Source: a virus. Taken from it: a stretch of DNA of 64,000 nt. The position numbers and the translations under genes are program-made. Within the stretch, counting starts at the first letter, position 1, and each line of letters begins with the position of its first letter. Positions 17,248 to 26,899 of the stretch are shown in pieces. The notes beneath the pieces are model-generated. The model had not been told where the DNA came from. It ran no database searches and worked only from the letters and a program-made list of their open reading frames with translations. The DNA is taken from the IMG/VR virus record IMGVR_UViG_3300021090_001018, positions 3,361 through 67,360 of that record; one strand, given 5' to 3'.

Positions 17248-19934
17248 TGTTTCCCTCGCTTCAGACCCCAGGTCTGCTCCATGGAACGGGGAATGTCACC
17301 ACGACCATCGCGAACCTCTGAACTGATCTCACTCCTCAATCGGCGGAGGACAATCTCCACTACCTTCTGGTCCCCTTCCTGCCTCTCAGTAACCTGTGGT
17401 TGAACGTCTGTGTAATTGTTGATGATCACCTTCGTACCGCCACCATCCAACTGGTCATTGGAGATGATGGAACCGCTCCGAGATGGTGAGAACATTTCTG
17501 GTCCGCGTTCCCCTACCAAGAAGGCCTTACCCGGAGACACTGGACCTCCCTCGGCCTTCTCGCCTCCAAACTCAAGCTGGACAGATTGAATGGTGGAGAC
17601 GATATTGGCAGCGGCCGCCACCACCGCAGCAACCGCAACCAGGTTAGCGGGGAAGGGTAGAGCCAAGGCGCCGGCGACTCCCTGCTGAATCTTGATGATG
17701 GATTCCGCAATCGCGAAGGCCTTAGAGGCTGCAAACATGACCTTATAGATGGCGGATTGTTCACCGGCCGCGGCTTTCGTCGCCGCAGTCAGAGCCCCAA
17801 ACATCTCTTGACCCGCTTGGATCAAGATCATGTTCTGTGCCATCTGGAGCTTCTTGACCTGTTCATTATAGGCCTCGATGGCCGCGGCTTTCCTCTTCTG
17901 AACTTCTTCGGTCAATTCAACCTCCTGGTTGCCCAGATCCTCCAAGATCTTCAGCTTGTCTTGGTTCATCTGGATCTCATTAGAAACGGCCTGGGCCTGT
18001 TGACTGAATGGGTCGAATAGTTGAGTAGCAGTTCCACCTCCCCCTTGCTGCAAACCGGCTCGCTGGAGCATCTCGATGGCCTTGCCGGCTTCCATTTGCC
18101 CGCCTTGTCCCGGTTGGATGGCCTTCATGAGTTCCGCAGCGGTGGGGGTGGGACCGCGGAGACCTCCCTCAGGCAACCCCAGAGCTTTGAGGAGCTCATT
18201 TACTTTGGCCGAGTCAATCATCTTCTTGACCTGGCTAAGGGCATTGCCCACCTTAGTGGTCGCTTGCTCCGCGGCAGTCCCTATTCCCTTCAAAGTATTC
18301 ACGATGGCGGTCGTGGGTGGCTTGATTGCCTCGGCCGCCCCTACCGAGGTCTTCACTAATCCCTGCCATAACTCATCATTGGTTCCCTTGACCGTTTCCA
18401 ACATTCCTTGAAGCTTCTCCCTGACGGTATCAACGAAAGGAACGGTGAAGTCATTAGCGATCTTCTTCATCGGAGCCAAGCCCAACCGATCGCGAATGGC
18501 GGCCGGGAGCAGATCAATCACCTGGTTGACCGATTGGATCATGAAATTGAAACCGTCCACCACGACCCGGATGACCTGGTTGCTTATCAGCTTGACCAGG
18601 TCTAGGAGGATAATTTGAAAGGTGAGGGTCTGCTCCATCAGCTTCAGGAACCCCATGAGGAGCACCTTCAGGAGGTCACGGATGCCTCCAAAGACGAACA
18701 GAACCGCCTTAGCAGCATAGACCAAGGCTGTCCCCAACACGCTAGCCGTTTCCTTGATAGACTCATTAGCCGCTGTCCCTGATTTGGCCATCTCTTTGAG
18801 CTCATCGTTCAGCTTGACGAGAGTGGGGGCCAAACCTTCACCAATGGTGATGAGAAGGTCTTCGAAGAGATTCTTAGTGATGGTGAGCTGGGAGGAAAGA
18901 CTAGCGAGGTTCTTGGAAGAGATCTCCTCCGTCGTCCCGCCCGCCTGGCGGAGGGCTGCCTCATACTCACGGATCCTTTGCGAGGTCCCCATCAAGGCCA
19001 AGATGGCTGATAAAGAACGGTCTTGGAACCCCATCATCGCGAAGGCCATTCTCCTCTCCTCAACCGTCGCCCCCGCCATCGCCTTCTCCAACGAACCCAT
19101 GACATCAGCCAGATTGTTGATGTTCCCCTGGGCATCAAAGACGGAAACCCCCATCTGGTTAAACATATCCCGGTTCTCAATCGAGGCCCTCTGCAAATCA
19201 CGAAGGACGATAGCCAGCGCCTCACCTGCTGCGGCTCCTTTCAATCCCTGATCGGCAAAGGTGGCTAAGACCGCTACTCCCTCCTCCACATCTTTGTTCA
19301 CCGACCGCAAAGCCGCGGCCGCCTTGTTGGTCAGAGCCTCACTGAATTGTCGAATATCAGCATTGGCGAGGACGTTCGCCTTGCTTAAGACGTCGGAGAC
19401 CCGAGTCATATTCTTCAGGTTCTCCGTCGCATCCTTTGATCTCAGCCCCAGAGCCGATTGGGCGTCGGCCAACAGGGTAGTGGCGGTCGAGAGATCGAAC
19501 ATGCCTGCGGTGGCAAACTTGGCTACCGCCGGTAGGGCCTTCATCGATTGTTCGGCATCCAGACCGGCCGAGGCCAGGAAGAAATAAGCCTTAGCCAACT
19601 CCTCAGCAGATTGAATGGTCTCCCCAGACATGGAGCGGGCCAGTTCGGCCATGCTCTTCTTGGTCCCCTCTGACAGGTCCCCCATGATGGCCAATGACTC
19701 CGTCATGGCTTTGTCGAACTTCACGAACTCCTTGATGGCAACGAAGGCCACGACCCCGAAGGCCGCCGCCATCCCGGCAGCCAGGGACGCCGTTGTCTTG
19801 AGCATGGCGGCGGAACCTGAGCTAACTGAGAGCTCCGCCTGCTTCATTCCTTTGACCAATCTGGAGGAATCCGCAGTGAGACGAACGAAGAGGGTGCCTA
19901 GACTCCCGCCACCTAATGCGTCTCCGATAGCCAT
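17244..19934 (-). CDS. Tape measure protein
   Basis: LGTLFVRLTAD, TP901-type core, C-terminal GGPV...VGERGPEMF. Confidence 0.95.
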   Translation of the reverse strand: MAIGDALGGGSLGTLFVRLTADSSRLVKGMKQAELSVSSGSAAMLKTTASLAAGMAAAFGVVAFVAIKEFVKFDKAMTESLAIMGDLSEGTKKSMAELARSMSGETIQSAEELAKAYFFLASAGLDAEQSMKALPAVAKFATAGMFDLSTATTLLADAQSALGLRSKDATENLKNMTRVSDVLSKANVLANADIRQFSEALTNKAAAALRSVNKDVEEGVAVLATFADQGLKGAAAGEALAIVLRDLQRASIENRDMFNQMGVSVFDAQGNINNLADVMGSLEKAMAGATVEERRMAFAMMGFQDRSLSAILALMGTSQRIREYEAALRQAGGTTEEISSKNLASLSSQLTITKNLFEDLLITIGEGLAPTLVKLNDELKEMAKSGTAANESIKETASVLGTALVYAAKAVLFVFGGIRDLLKVLLMGFLKLMEQTLTFQIILLDLVKLISNQVIRVVVDGFNFMIQSVNQVIDLLPAAIRDRLGLAPMKKIANDFTVPFVDTVREKLQGMLETVKGTNDELWQGLVKTSVGAAEAIKPPTTAIVNTLKGIGTAAEQATTKVGNALSQVKKMIDSAKVNELLKALGLPEGGLRGPTPTAAELMKAIQPGQGGQMEAGKAIEMLQRAGLQQGGGGTATQLFDPFSQQAQAVSNEIQMNQDKLKILEDLGNQEVELTEEVQKRKAAAIEAYNEQVKKLQMAQNMILIQAGQEMFGALTAATKAAAGEQSAIYKVMFAASKAFAIAESIIKIQQGVAGALALPFPANLVAVAAVVAAAANIVSTIQSVQLEFGGEKAEGGPVSPGKAFLVGERGPEMFSPSRSGSIISNDQLDGGGTKVIINNYTDVQPQVTERQEGDQKVVEIVLRRLRSEISSEVRDGRGDIPRSMEQTWGLKRGKQ

Positions 19935-19937
19935 ACG

Positions 19938-20261
19938 TCAATTCTTTCCGATATCCACATTCAGCGCCTTGGTCCAGGCGCGCTTTGATTTCTCCGTCCG
20001 ATCTTGAGACTCTTTCTGACCGAGCAGGAAATCCTTGACCTTGACCGAGTTGGGGTGCTTAACAAGACTCCGGCGAACCTCGGTGGCAATCTGTGCCAGG
20101 TAGAAGTCCAGCTTCGTCTGGCGGCGCTCATCCCAGCCCAAGTATTCAATCCACTCAAGAAACTCGGTATAGGTAATTCTCTCCTTCAGTTCGTCAACTG
20201 GAAGGTGAAGGTGGGAGGCCACCCTATACCAAATGAGCCTCTCACCCGTCAACCGTTTTTT
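19938..20261 (-). CDS. Tail assembly chaperone, -1 frameshift extension (gpGT-like)
   Basis: -1 frame KKRLTGERLIWYRVASHLHLPVDEL..., entered at A-AAA-AAC 20261-20255. Confidence 0.75.
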   Translation of the reverse strand, partial: KKRLTGERLIWYRVASHLHLPVDELKERITYTEFLEWIEYLGWDERRQTKLDFYLAQIATEVRRSLVKHPNSVKVKDFLLGQKESQDRTEKSKRAWTKALNVDIGKN

Positions 20262-20608
20262 TCCGAGTCTCCGGGAGTGCGAACCAGTTTGTTGAGTTCC
20301 TGGGCCGCCTGGAAGAGTTGTGTCACCACCGAGGCTGGCCATTCCTGCACCTCTTTCTCGGTAACCAGGGTACCATCCTCTTTCTTCAGACAACAGACTA
20401 GAAGCCCGCTCTGGAGACCCTCAAATTTCTTGACTCCAGCGATCTGACCTGATGGATCCAACCGCATCCTCCCGGTCAGACTGTCGAGATACCTATCCCG
20501 GACCGCGGCGCTCATCTCGTGAAGCGCCATCTTGACTTGTTTGCCTTCGGCGTCCTCAAGGACGACAGGACGAACCGTGGTTTTGAGGTTGAATGTGAGT
20601 TCGCTCAT
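20249..20608 (-). CDS. Tail assembly chaperone (gpG-like)
   Basis: Between tail tube and tape measure; ends GAA AAA AAC GGT TGA. Confidence 0.85.
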   Translation of the reverse strand: MSELTFNLKTTVRPVVLEDAEGKQVKMALHEMSAAVRDRYLDSLTGRMRLDPSGQIAGVKKFEGLQSGLLVCCLKKEDGTLVTEKEVQEWPASVVTQLFQAAQELNKLVRTPGDSEKNG

Positions 20609-20620
20609 ACTGGGTAAGGT

Positions 20621-21073
20621 TTAGACCGCCGAGGATTCAGCCGGGGCAGTGTAGATTGGAGCCACCTCGGCGCCGCTATCATCCACGTTGCCAGGTTGGA
20701 TGTTGAGTGTGGCGGTGGGTTGTTCGCCTTCGGTCATCGCACCGATAGTGAATTCCTCCAACCACCCCCAAAAGACGAGTGTCGATTGGTCGGGGAAGGT
20801 CACCGTGATCAACTGGTTGATCCCAACCTGGCTCTGCACGACAGGAATCGCTTCCGTCGCGAAGGCCACTGTCACACTGACAGGGGTGAGGGATTTCAGT
20901 GCCCTCGGCGACATCGTTCGCCAAGTGACATTCCGCATGGTGGTGGTATCAATAGGGCCGCCCGCACTGATACCAGGAGGGGTGATTTCCTTCTCATACA
21001 ATTTCACCGTGGGGATGTTCGCCAGGGTGATAATCGTCGAGAAGCCGTCATCGAGTCTTACATTACTAGGCAT
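20621..21073 (-). CDS. Major tail tube protein
   Basis: ITPPGIS..GPIDTTTM...ITVTFPD.ST..FWG. Confidence 0.85.
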   Translation of the reverse strand: MPSNVRLDDGFSTIITLANIPTVKLYEKEITPPGISAGGPIDTTTMRNVTWRTMSPRALKSLTPVSVTVAFATEAIPVVQSQVGINQLITVTFPDQSTLVFWGWLEEFTIGAMTEGEQPTATLNIQPGNVDDSGAEVAPIYTAPAESSAV

Positions 21074-21100
21074 ATGATCTGGTCTTTCTGTGTGGTTATG

Positions 21101-21796
21101 TTAGATGGGAGTGTAGGGGATGGGGGATCCTCCGTATCGAAAGTCAATATCAAAACTGAGGAGGTGGAACGGGTTGCTAGAGGCGGCCACCTGATACTTG
21201 AATCGGATGGTAGTTGACAGTCCAGCAGTCCCAACTAGGTCAATTCCTCCTGAAGGCAGCGACAGGGTGAGGTTCTTCCATTGACTTCCCACAGGGATGT
21301 CTGTGCCGAACTGAGTCATCTGTGTTGCGACTGGGAAGAGGCCACCCTCATCCGCGACGGAATACCAACCATCCCACAGGATGGTATTGAGAATGTTAAG
21401 CTGTGGCTGAACGTGAATGTGCGGGTGAATGATAGTCCCAGGTAGCCACGTGCGAGGTAGCTCGGCTATGATGTAGAGTGTATTGTTGGTGGTGAGCGAA
21501 AGCGCCATATCTGTCCCACTCTGGCCACTGTTGGTTACCAGAACCCCCGCGGTACCAATGCCCGCCGGATTGAGCGTTTCGACAGGAAACCGAATATCCT
21601 CCCAGACCTCATTGGAGGCAACCAAGTTGAGGAATCGTTTGCCAATGTTCCCTCCTAGAACAATCGCTTGGTCATCTGTGCCTACCTTCCCCGTTAGCCA
21701 AGCGGAGTTCGCGTTGACCTTTTGGAAGGCTTCCCTGAGAGGGTCCCCTGTCCCATCATTTGCAGCGGTCCCTACGTTGATATTCTCAATGCTCAT
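21101..21796 (-). CDS. Virion appendage protein
   Basis: INVGTAANDGTGDPLREAFQKVNAN N-terminal motif common to phage baseplate/fibre proteins; beta-sandwich remainder. Confidence 0.7.
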   Translation of the reverse strand: MSIENINVGTAANDGTGDPLREAFQKVNANSAWLTGKVGTDDQAIVLGGNIGKRFLNLVASNEVWEDIRFPVETLNPAGIGTAGVLVTNSGQSGTDMALSLTTNNTLYIIAELPRTWLPGTIIHPHIHVQPQLNILNTILWDGWYSVADEGGLFPVATQMTQFGTDIPVGSQWKNLTLSLPSGGIDLVGTAGLSTTIRFKYQVAASSNPFHLLSFDIDFRYGGSPIPYTPI

Positions 21797-22308
21797 GTGT
21801 GGTCCACGGTTACTAGGTTAGAGTCTCCCGTCAAGATCGAGGAATCCACCGTCAGGGACGGTGCCCCTGGAGGGGTTATCGCCTCCTCTTCCCTCAATGT
21901 CAAGACCGCATTCATCGTGAAATTGTGACACCGTCTACCGTCAATATCTTCTATGCCCAACGGAAGAATATCTCCCGTTCGTGACACATTCTGGATAACG
22001 TAGACCTCCTCATCAGAAAACGCAACAAGAATGTCATTCTGAAGATCCAGCAAGAGGGCAATGGCTCGAATCTTCGCATAAGAAGCAAGGTAGTCCTTAC
22101 CTCGGACACGGATCTGGATACCAGGATGGACTATCTGCTCTCCCGTCCGTAGGATGCGCCCGTCCATCCTTCCGCCGGTGTCATATGCACAGACGGCTTC
22201 GTCTGGCGTATCGGGCAAGATAGCCACCGAGATTGGCCATTCATCTTCCAATGTGCAAAGGCCTAGATTGACGAGAAGGTGGGCAATGATGTCGGCTGGA
22301 GATCTCAT
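21793..22308 (-). CDS. Tail terminator / minor capsid family protein
   Basis: PDTPD..V..YDTGG...PGIQIRVRG. Confidence 0.75.
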   Translation of the reverse strand: MRSPADIIAHLLVNLGLCTLEDEWPISVAILPDTPDEAVCAYDTGGRMDGRILRTGEQIVHPGIQIRVRGKDYLASYAKIRAIALLLDLQNDILVAFSDEEVYVIQNVSRTGDILPLGIEDIDGRRCHNFTMNAVLTLREEEAITPPGAPSLTVDSSILTGDSNLVTVDHT

Positions 22309-22718
22309 GTGATCATCATGTTGGTCTTGATAATCCCCACCAGCTTAGGACCAAGGCGACGAGCGGGTTCCTCCAAGAACTTGGCCTGGGCCCGGCCCTG
22401 GGGATCCCAATACTTCCCTCGACCCTTGGGCCGGGGAAGACCCTTCAGCTTCATGCCGACCGCCTCATGCACGTAGATGGCATAGAGCGCCGTATAGCCC
22501 ACATCCACCTCAGTCTTGAACCCCTCTCCGTTCGCCCGAGTGAAAGCTGAGGCCTTCAAGACCCCAAAGTTTACCGGAACCATCTTCTGACTTTCCCTCT
22601 GGAGGGCCAGACCCGCCACCCGCAAACCGCGATTACACCCCTTCGCGAGCCGTTCATTCCTGAGCCTCAATTTTGTCAGGACCTCCCGAACCCCTTCTAT
22701 TGCATTGATGATCGCCAT
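22305..22718 (-). CDS. Neck protein (HK97 gp10-like)
   Basis: SQKMVPV.FG.LKAS...VGYTALYAIYVHE...AKFLE. Confidence 0.85.
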   Translation of the reverse strand: MAIINAIEGVREVLTKLRLRNERLAKGCNRGLRVAGLALQRESQKMVPVNFGVLKASAFTRANGEGFKTEVDVGYTALYAIYVHEAVGMKLKGLPRPKGRGKYWDPQGRAQAKFLEEPARRLGPKLVGIIKTNMMIT

Positions 22719-22719
22719 A

Positions 22720-23040
22720 TCAGTTTAGATCATCTAGGATCTGGATCTCATTATAGCTATCAGAAGGGAAAGTCAACACTGATCCAGCTAAGGTGACCTC
22801 CCACTCCTGTTGGTAGACACCAGAAGTGGTAGGGAAACCAATACCAATCTCATAGGCCACCTCTCCCGGTCCTTGCCCTGATTCCTCGAATAGGGCATCA
22901 TCCACGAAAGCCGCTCCCGTCCTTCCTTTCATGATGAACTTAACCGTTGCCCCTGTCAAGTCCATTGGGACCCCGTCTTTAAGAAGGGTATCAGTCAATC
23001 GAATACCGATATCACCTGATTTGAGAAAGATTCGGTTCAT
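22720..23040 (-). CDS. BppU N-terminal-like protein
   Basis: KSGD...DLTGATVKF.M...G.Y..EWEVT....TFPS. Confidence 0.75.
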   Translation of the reverse strand: MNRIFLKSGDIGIRLTDTLLKDGVPMDLTGATVKFIMKGRTGAAFVDDALFEESGQGPGEVAYEIGIGFPTTSGVYQQEWEVTLAGSVLTFPSDSYNEIQILDDLN

Positions 23041-24755
23041 TGTATTTGTAAGATACCATTCCCTTCAAGGCGACCACCTGAGAGGCTAGATTGAATAGAG
23101 GTCCGCCCTAGACGGGATTGCGTTGATGTTGGATCAGTCAGACGTATCGTCATCAATGTCCCCCCTCGACTGATCCAGACCAAAGAAGGGACGGACGATA
23201 GAACACCACTAGCCGATAAAGTCACCAGAGTAGAACCGGATAGACTGCTGAGGGAAAGAAGAACCCCTCCCTCGTCATATGTAAGAGCCCCTCCACTGAA
23301 AGTCTCCGTTCCGACGAGATTGGGAATGGTACTCAATAGGCCAGAGGCGATCAAGAAAAGAACATCGTCACCAACCAGAGACGGAACAGATGAGATTGCT
23401 CCTGATCCAACCAAAGCAACAATGTCCACCCCCACCAAGGTCAGAATACCGGTCAGTTCTCCTCCTTCGTCAAAGGTTTGAAGACCCACAAAGGTTTCCA
23501 CTCCAGTAAGGGATGGAATAGAGAAGAGCGTCCCCGATCCAACCAGGACAAGAGCATTCCCTTCAGTCAAGGAAGGCACAATGAGAAACGTCCCTGACTC
23601 ACCCAAGACAAGGTAGCCCATTCCTGTCAAGGTTGGAATGGCAGACATTCCTCCCCCTTCAAATAGACTTGTTGTCTCTGTTCCAGTAAGGGAAGGGATG
23701 GTGGTTAGAACACCAGAAGCAATCAATGAGAGCAACTCAACCCCGACCACAGACGGAACACCTGACAAGGTATCTGCCCCAAGAAATACCAGGACACTGT
23801 CTCCCGCAAGGGAAGGAATGACAGAAAGAGTTCCGCTCTCGTTATAGGTCTGACTGCTAGGTATGAGTTCTTCAATTCCGGTCAATACTGGAACAGAATT
23901 AAGAAGACCTGATTCCTGAAATGCAATTAGGTCCTGCGAGGTCAGACTAGGGAGCGACGAGACGATCCCGGCGGCTAACAGCGAAATGAGTTCAGCCGCG
24001 GTCTCCGAAGGGATACCACTGACGGCACCACCCCCAACCAGAACCACCTTATCAGATCCAATCAGCCCTGGGATGCTCGTCAGCGTTCCGCTCTCATTAT
24101 AAGTAGTGGTCTGCCAGGAGAGGGTCTGACTAAATTCAATCCAAGGAACATAGTCATTCGTACCAGTCTGATTCTCGGGTAGGTCATTTGCCCCGTTATC
24201 ACCATACCGTAGATAAATTGTCCGCGAGGTGCCCGTTGCGGATCGGAAACCGACCTCAATCACCAAATAATCTCCGGCCGTGGGGGTCTGGTTCGTCAGC
24301 GTGATGCTCGCGCTCTCCGCCGTGTCGTTAAAGGAGCGATTGGCCGCACCAGATTCAGGTGTGGTGCCGGTGAGCATCTCCGGAGGAACTGTCGTGGCCG
24401 CATCTGAAGCGACAGGGGAGAGCAACGTGGCACGATCGGCCCCACCAGGTTGAATGATCTTGATAGCTACCGCCAGAGTAGCCGAGGCACCCGCATTGTT
24501 CTCAGTGCAACGAAACTGTCCCTTGATCGTGCCACTGATCTGCACGTTTGCCAGAGGTCCAATCACCCACCTTCCCATCCCACGCAGGATAGGATTGGTA
24601 GTCGAAGTGGCTCCATTGACATTGGTCAGAGCACTAGAAATCTTCGCTATAACCGCCTTGAATGTGACTGGGGCGGCGATCTGCGAAGTGAACAACCACC
24701 CCGAGGGCGTCACGGGAGCGGCGCCGCTCGAAGGGAAGTAGATCCGCGTGGCCAC
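23037..24755 (-). CDS. Virion fibre-like protein with ~25-aa degenerate repeats
   Basis: Repeats of ESGTLSxIPSLxG across the C-terminal half. Confidence 0.65.
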   Translation of the reverse strand: MATRIYFPSSGAAPVTPSGWLFTSQIAAPVTFKAVIAKISSALTNVNGATSTTNPILRGMGRWVIGPLANVQISGTIKGQFRCTENNAGASATLAVAIKIIQPGGADRATLLSPVASDAATTVPPEMLTGTTPESGAANRSFNDTAESASITLTNQTPTAGDYLVIEVGFRSATGTSRTIYLRYGDNGANDLPENQTGTNDYVPWIEFSQTLSWQTTTYNESGTLTSIPGLIGSDKVVLVGGGAVSGIPSETAAELISLLAAGIVSSLPSLTSQDLIAFQESGLLNSVPVLTGIEELIPSSQTYNESGTLSVIPSLAGDSVLVFLGADTLSGVPSVVGVELLSLIASGVLTTIPSLTGTETTSLFEGGGMSAIPTLTGMGYLVLGESGTFLIVPSLTEGNALVLVGSGTLFSIPSLTGVETFVGLQTFDEGGELTGILTLVGVDIVALVGSGAISSVPSLVGDDVLFLIASGLLSTIPNLVGTETFSGGALTYDEGGVLLSLSSLSGSTLVTLSASGVLSSVPSLVWISRGGTLMTIRLTDPTSTQSRLGRTSIQSSLSGGRLEGNGILQIQ

Positions 24756-24758
24756 GTC

Positions 24759-25166
24759 TTAGGAATTGGGCAGGGTGAAGTCAATCGCCCCAACCGCGAA
24801 CGCGATCTTATCACCTGACACCGAAACCGTCCGGCTGGCGCTGAAGGTGGCCCCACCTAAGAAGACCCCAGCCGCGGAGAGTGAATAGATCCCAAACCCA
24901 GTGTAGGTGCCCGCCGCTAGGTTAGTGCCCACCACAAACTCATGGGGACCTGAGCTGTTTTGAGTTGCCCGAGTCGCCGCCGTCTCCATAGTCAGGGCGA
25001 TACGGGCATAACTACCCCCACTCGCCTCCGTCCCACCCGCCCCTGTTTGAAAGTTGGGGTTGGTGGTGAAGAGAGCTAGGTAGAAGGCCGTGGGCCGTGT
25101 TGGGGTTCCAGTTGCCGTGAGCCAATCAATCATCAGTAGAGCTGCCGCATCAGATATTCCAGCCAT
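24759..25166 (-). CDS. Structural protein (tail-fibre/collar-associated family)
   Basis: YLALFTTNP...GTEASGGSYAR...GD...FAVGAI. Confidence 0.75.
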   Translation of the reverse strand: MAGISDAAALLMIDWLTATGTPTRPTAFYLALFTTNPNFQTGAGGTEASGGSYARIALTMETAATRATQNSSGPHEFVVGTNLAAGTYTGFGIYSLSAAGVFLGGATFSASRTVSVSGDKIAFAVGAIDFTLPNS

Positions 25167-25197
25167 ATGTTTATCCTTTCATCTTGAGTTATTTGAG

Positions 25198-25542
25198 TTA
25201 TGTCAGTAGAGCTATCAAGAGATTCTCAGTCGCCCTAAAATTGGGCATTTGTTGGAAGGAAGCCACCTCATAAGAATCCGTCATCTGCATCGGATCTTCT
25301 AGCACATCGAAGACTAATTCTCCCCGCCTCAATCTATCACCCACGCTCACCAACCGGTCCATATAGACCGTCGCTTTGGAGACATGCTTCTCTCCCTGGG
25401 CATCAAGATATTCTTGAATCGTATCTTCCCAACGACAATCTATCTCGACTGGTAAATCAAAGGTCCAGCGGCCGAAGCGGTCCTTGGAAGATCGAGCCCA
25501 CCAGACGGCCTTCTGCTTCCGCATCTTCTTGATGATACTCAT
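25198..25542 (-). CDS. Head closure protein
   Basis: AVWW...DRFG...PVEIDCRWED...G....SKATVY. Confidence 0.75.
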   Translation of the reverse strand: MSIIKKMRKQKAVWWARSSKDRFGRWTFDLPVEIDCRWEDTIQEYLDAQGEKHVSKATVYMDRLVSVGDRLRRGELVFDVLEDPMQMTDSYEVASFQQMPNFRATENLLIALLT

Positions 25543-26177
25543 GCGGCAACCTCCGCGGCTGAGGTAAGAAGTTCTCTGAAGTGCTCAAAAGAGATTTTGT
25601 CGAAACAATCCAACCGCGATGAGCCATCCGTGACATTGAAGACCTGAACGGAGGGAGGAAGGCTTCGCTTCACACAATAGAAGCCACGGAGGAATCGCTG
25701 GAAGGCATATTCCTGGATGGTGGTCGTGGGGCTATGGGTATGCCAATGGGAGACATTGACACGATTTCCTAGGTCGTAACCCAGCAGGAACACCTGGGTG
25801 GCTCCCAAGCTGATGGCAAGGTTAATCGCCGCCGCTCCGGTCGAATAATTCCATCCCAGCGTGGAACCATTGTGGATTCCATCACGAAGTCGATTCATCT
25901 TCAGGAGATTAGGAATCTCGAATGGAAGAACCCCAGGAGCATTGGTTACCAGCCGCCCCTTGAAGTCCTTCAGTTTCCACTTATTCCGATGCCACCAACT
26001 AGGATCACCGAAGAGGCAGATGCTTACAATGTGAGCACCGAGATGCCAAGCGTCATTACAGCCAATGACATTCTTCCCAATCAATAGAGAAAAGTCGAAG
26101 TCCTTAAGGGAGGGACCTCCGCCGATGAGGTAAGCTGATCCTCCCTCCCATTCGCGTGTGGGGGTCCAGAGTTCCAT
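25539..26177 (-). CDS. Glycosyltransferase-like protein (DUF115/Maf/sialyltransferase-like)
   Basis: IGGGPSL...IGCNDA...STGAAAINLAISLGATQVFLLGYD. Confidence 0.75.
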   Translation of the reverse strand: MELWTPTREWEGGSAYLIGGGPSLKDFDFSLLIGKNVIGCNDAWHLGAHIVSICLFGDPSWWHRNKWKLKDFKGRLVTNAPGVLPFEIPNLLKMNRLRDGIHNGSTLGWNYSTGAAAINLAISLGATQVFLLGYDLGNRVNVSHWHTHSPTTTIQEYAFQRFLRGFYCVKRSLPPSVQVFNVTDGSSRLDCFDKISFEHFRELLTSAAEVAA

Positions 26178-26178
26178 C

Positions 26179-26589
26179 TTACGTCTCCTCCTGAGGCGTC
26201 CCTAACCAGGTCACTGAGACTGTCCTCTTCGCTGAGGCTTTATTGAGAAGGGCCAGACCCCCTGACGTATCCAAGAGCATCGCGGTTTGACCGTAGTGAG
26301 ATGTGGCCAGATTAAAGGTTACCGCACTCTGATAGGTGACCGCCACCGAACCGGCTCTCTCGCTGACCGAACGGGGATCTCGGTTGGTATAAAAATGAGC
26401 GGCCAACCACCGCTCAATCAGTTCCAGTCTCTCCTCAGTGTAGGAAGAATCATCGCATACTTCGGTCACCAGTGCATTGGCAATGGTGATGAACGGGGTC
26501 AGGTCAATGCTGGGATCGACCTCGATGATCCCACCGACCAAGACAGAGGTGGTGCGCACGGGGATTCCATCACTCGTCCCACTTAACAC
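26179..26589 (-). CDS. Head-tail adaptor
   Basis: PFITIANALV...IERWLAAHF...SERAG...YGQ.A.LLD.SG. Confidence 0.8.
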   Translation of the reverse strand: MLSGTSDGIPVRTTSVLVGGIIEVDPSIDLTPFITIANALVTEVCDDSSYTEERLELIERWLAAHFYTNRDPRSVSERAGSVAVTYQSAVTFNLATSHYGQTAMLLDTSGGLALLNKASAKRTVSVTWLGTPQEET

Positions 26590-26854
26590 CCCGGCGGCGT
26601 TTAGATGCCGCCGCTGGCTTCACCGCAGGAGGAGGTGGGATAGCCAGCGGCGGTGTGGAACCGGCCTCTACCGCGGTGGTGTGGGGCGCCACGGAGAGTG
26701 CCGAGGGGACGGGAGCAGGAGCAGGGCCAACAGGAGCAAACTTCCCCGCAAATAGAGATGAGAGACTGCGCTCGCTCGTCACGATTTCTCCCTCCTTATA
26801 TTCACGACCATCCTGGATGTGAACCCCCTTCAACACTCTGAATTTATTTGCCAT
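26570..26854 (-). CDS. Small post-capsid protein with Pro/Ala-rich tail
   Basis: FRVLKGVHIQDGREYKEGEIV; position after capsid gene. Confidence 0.65.
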   Translation of the reverse strand: MANKFRVLKGVHIQDGREYKEGEIVTSERSLSSLFAGKFAPVGPAPAPVPSALSVAPHTTAVEAGSTPPLAIPPPPAVKPAAASKRRRGVKWDE

Positions 26855-26899
26855 AAGTTTCTAAGTCTCGCCGTCAAACCGTCAAACGAATCGAATGGC

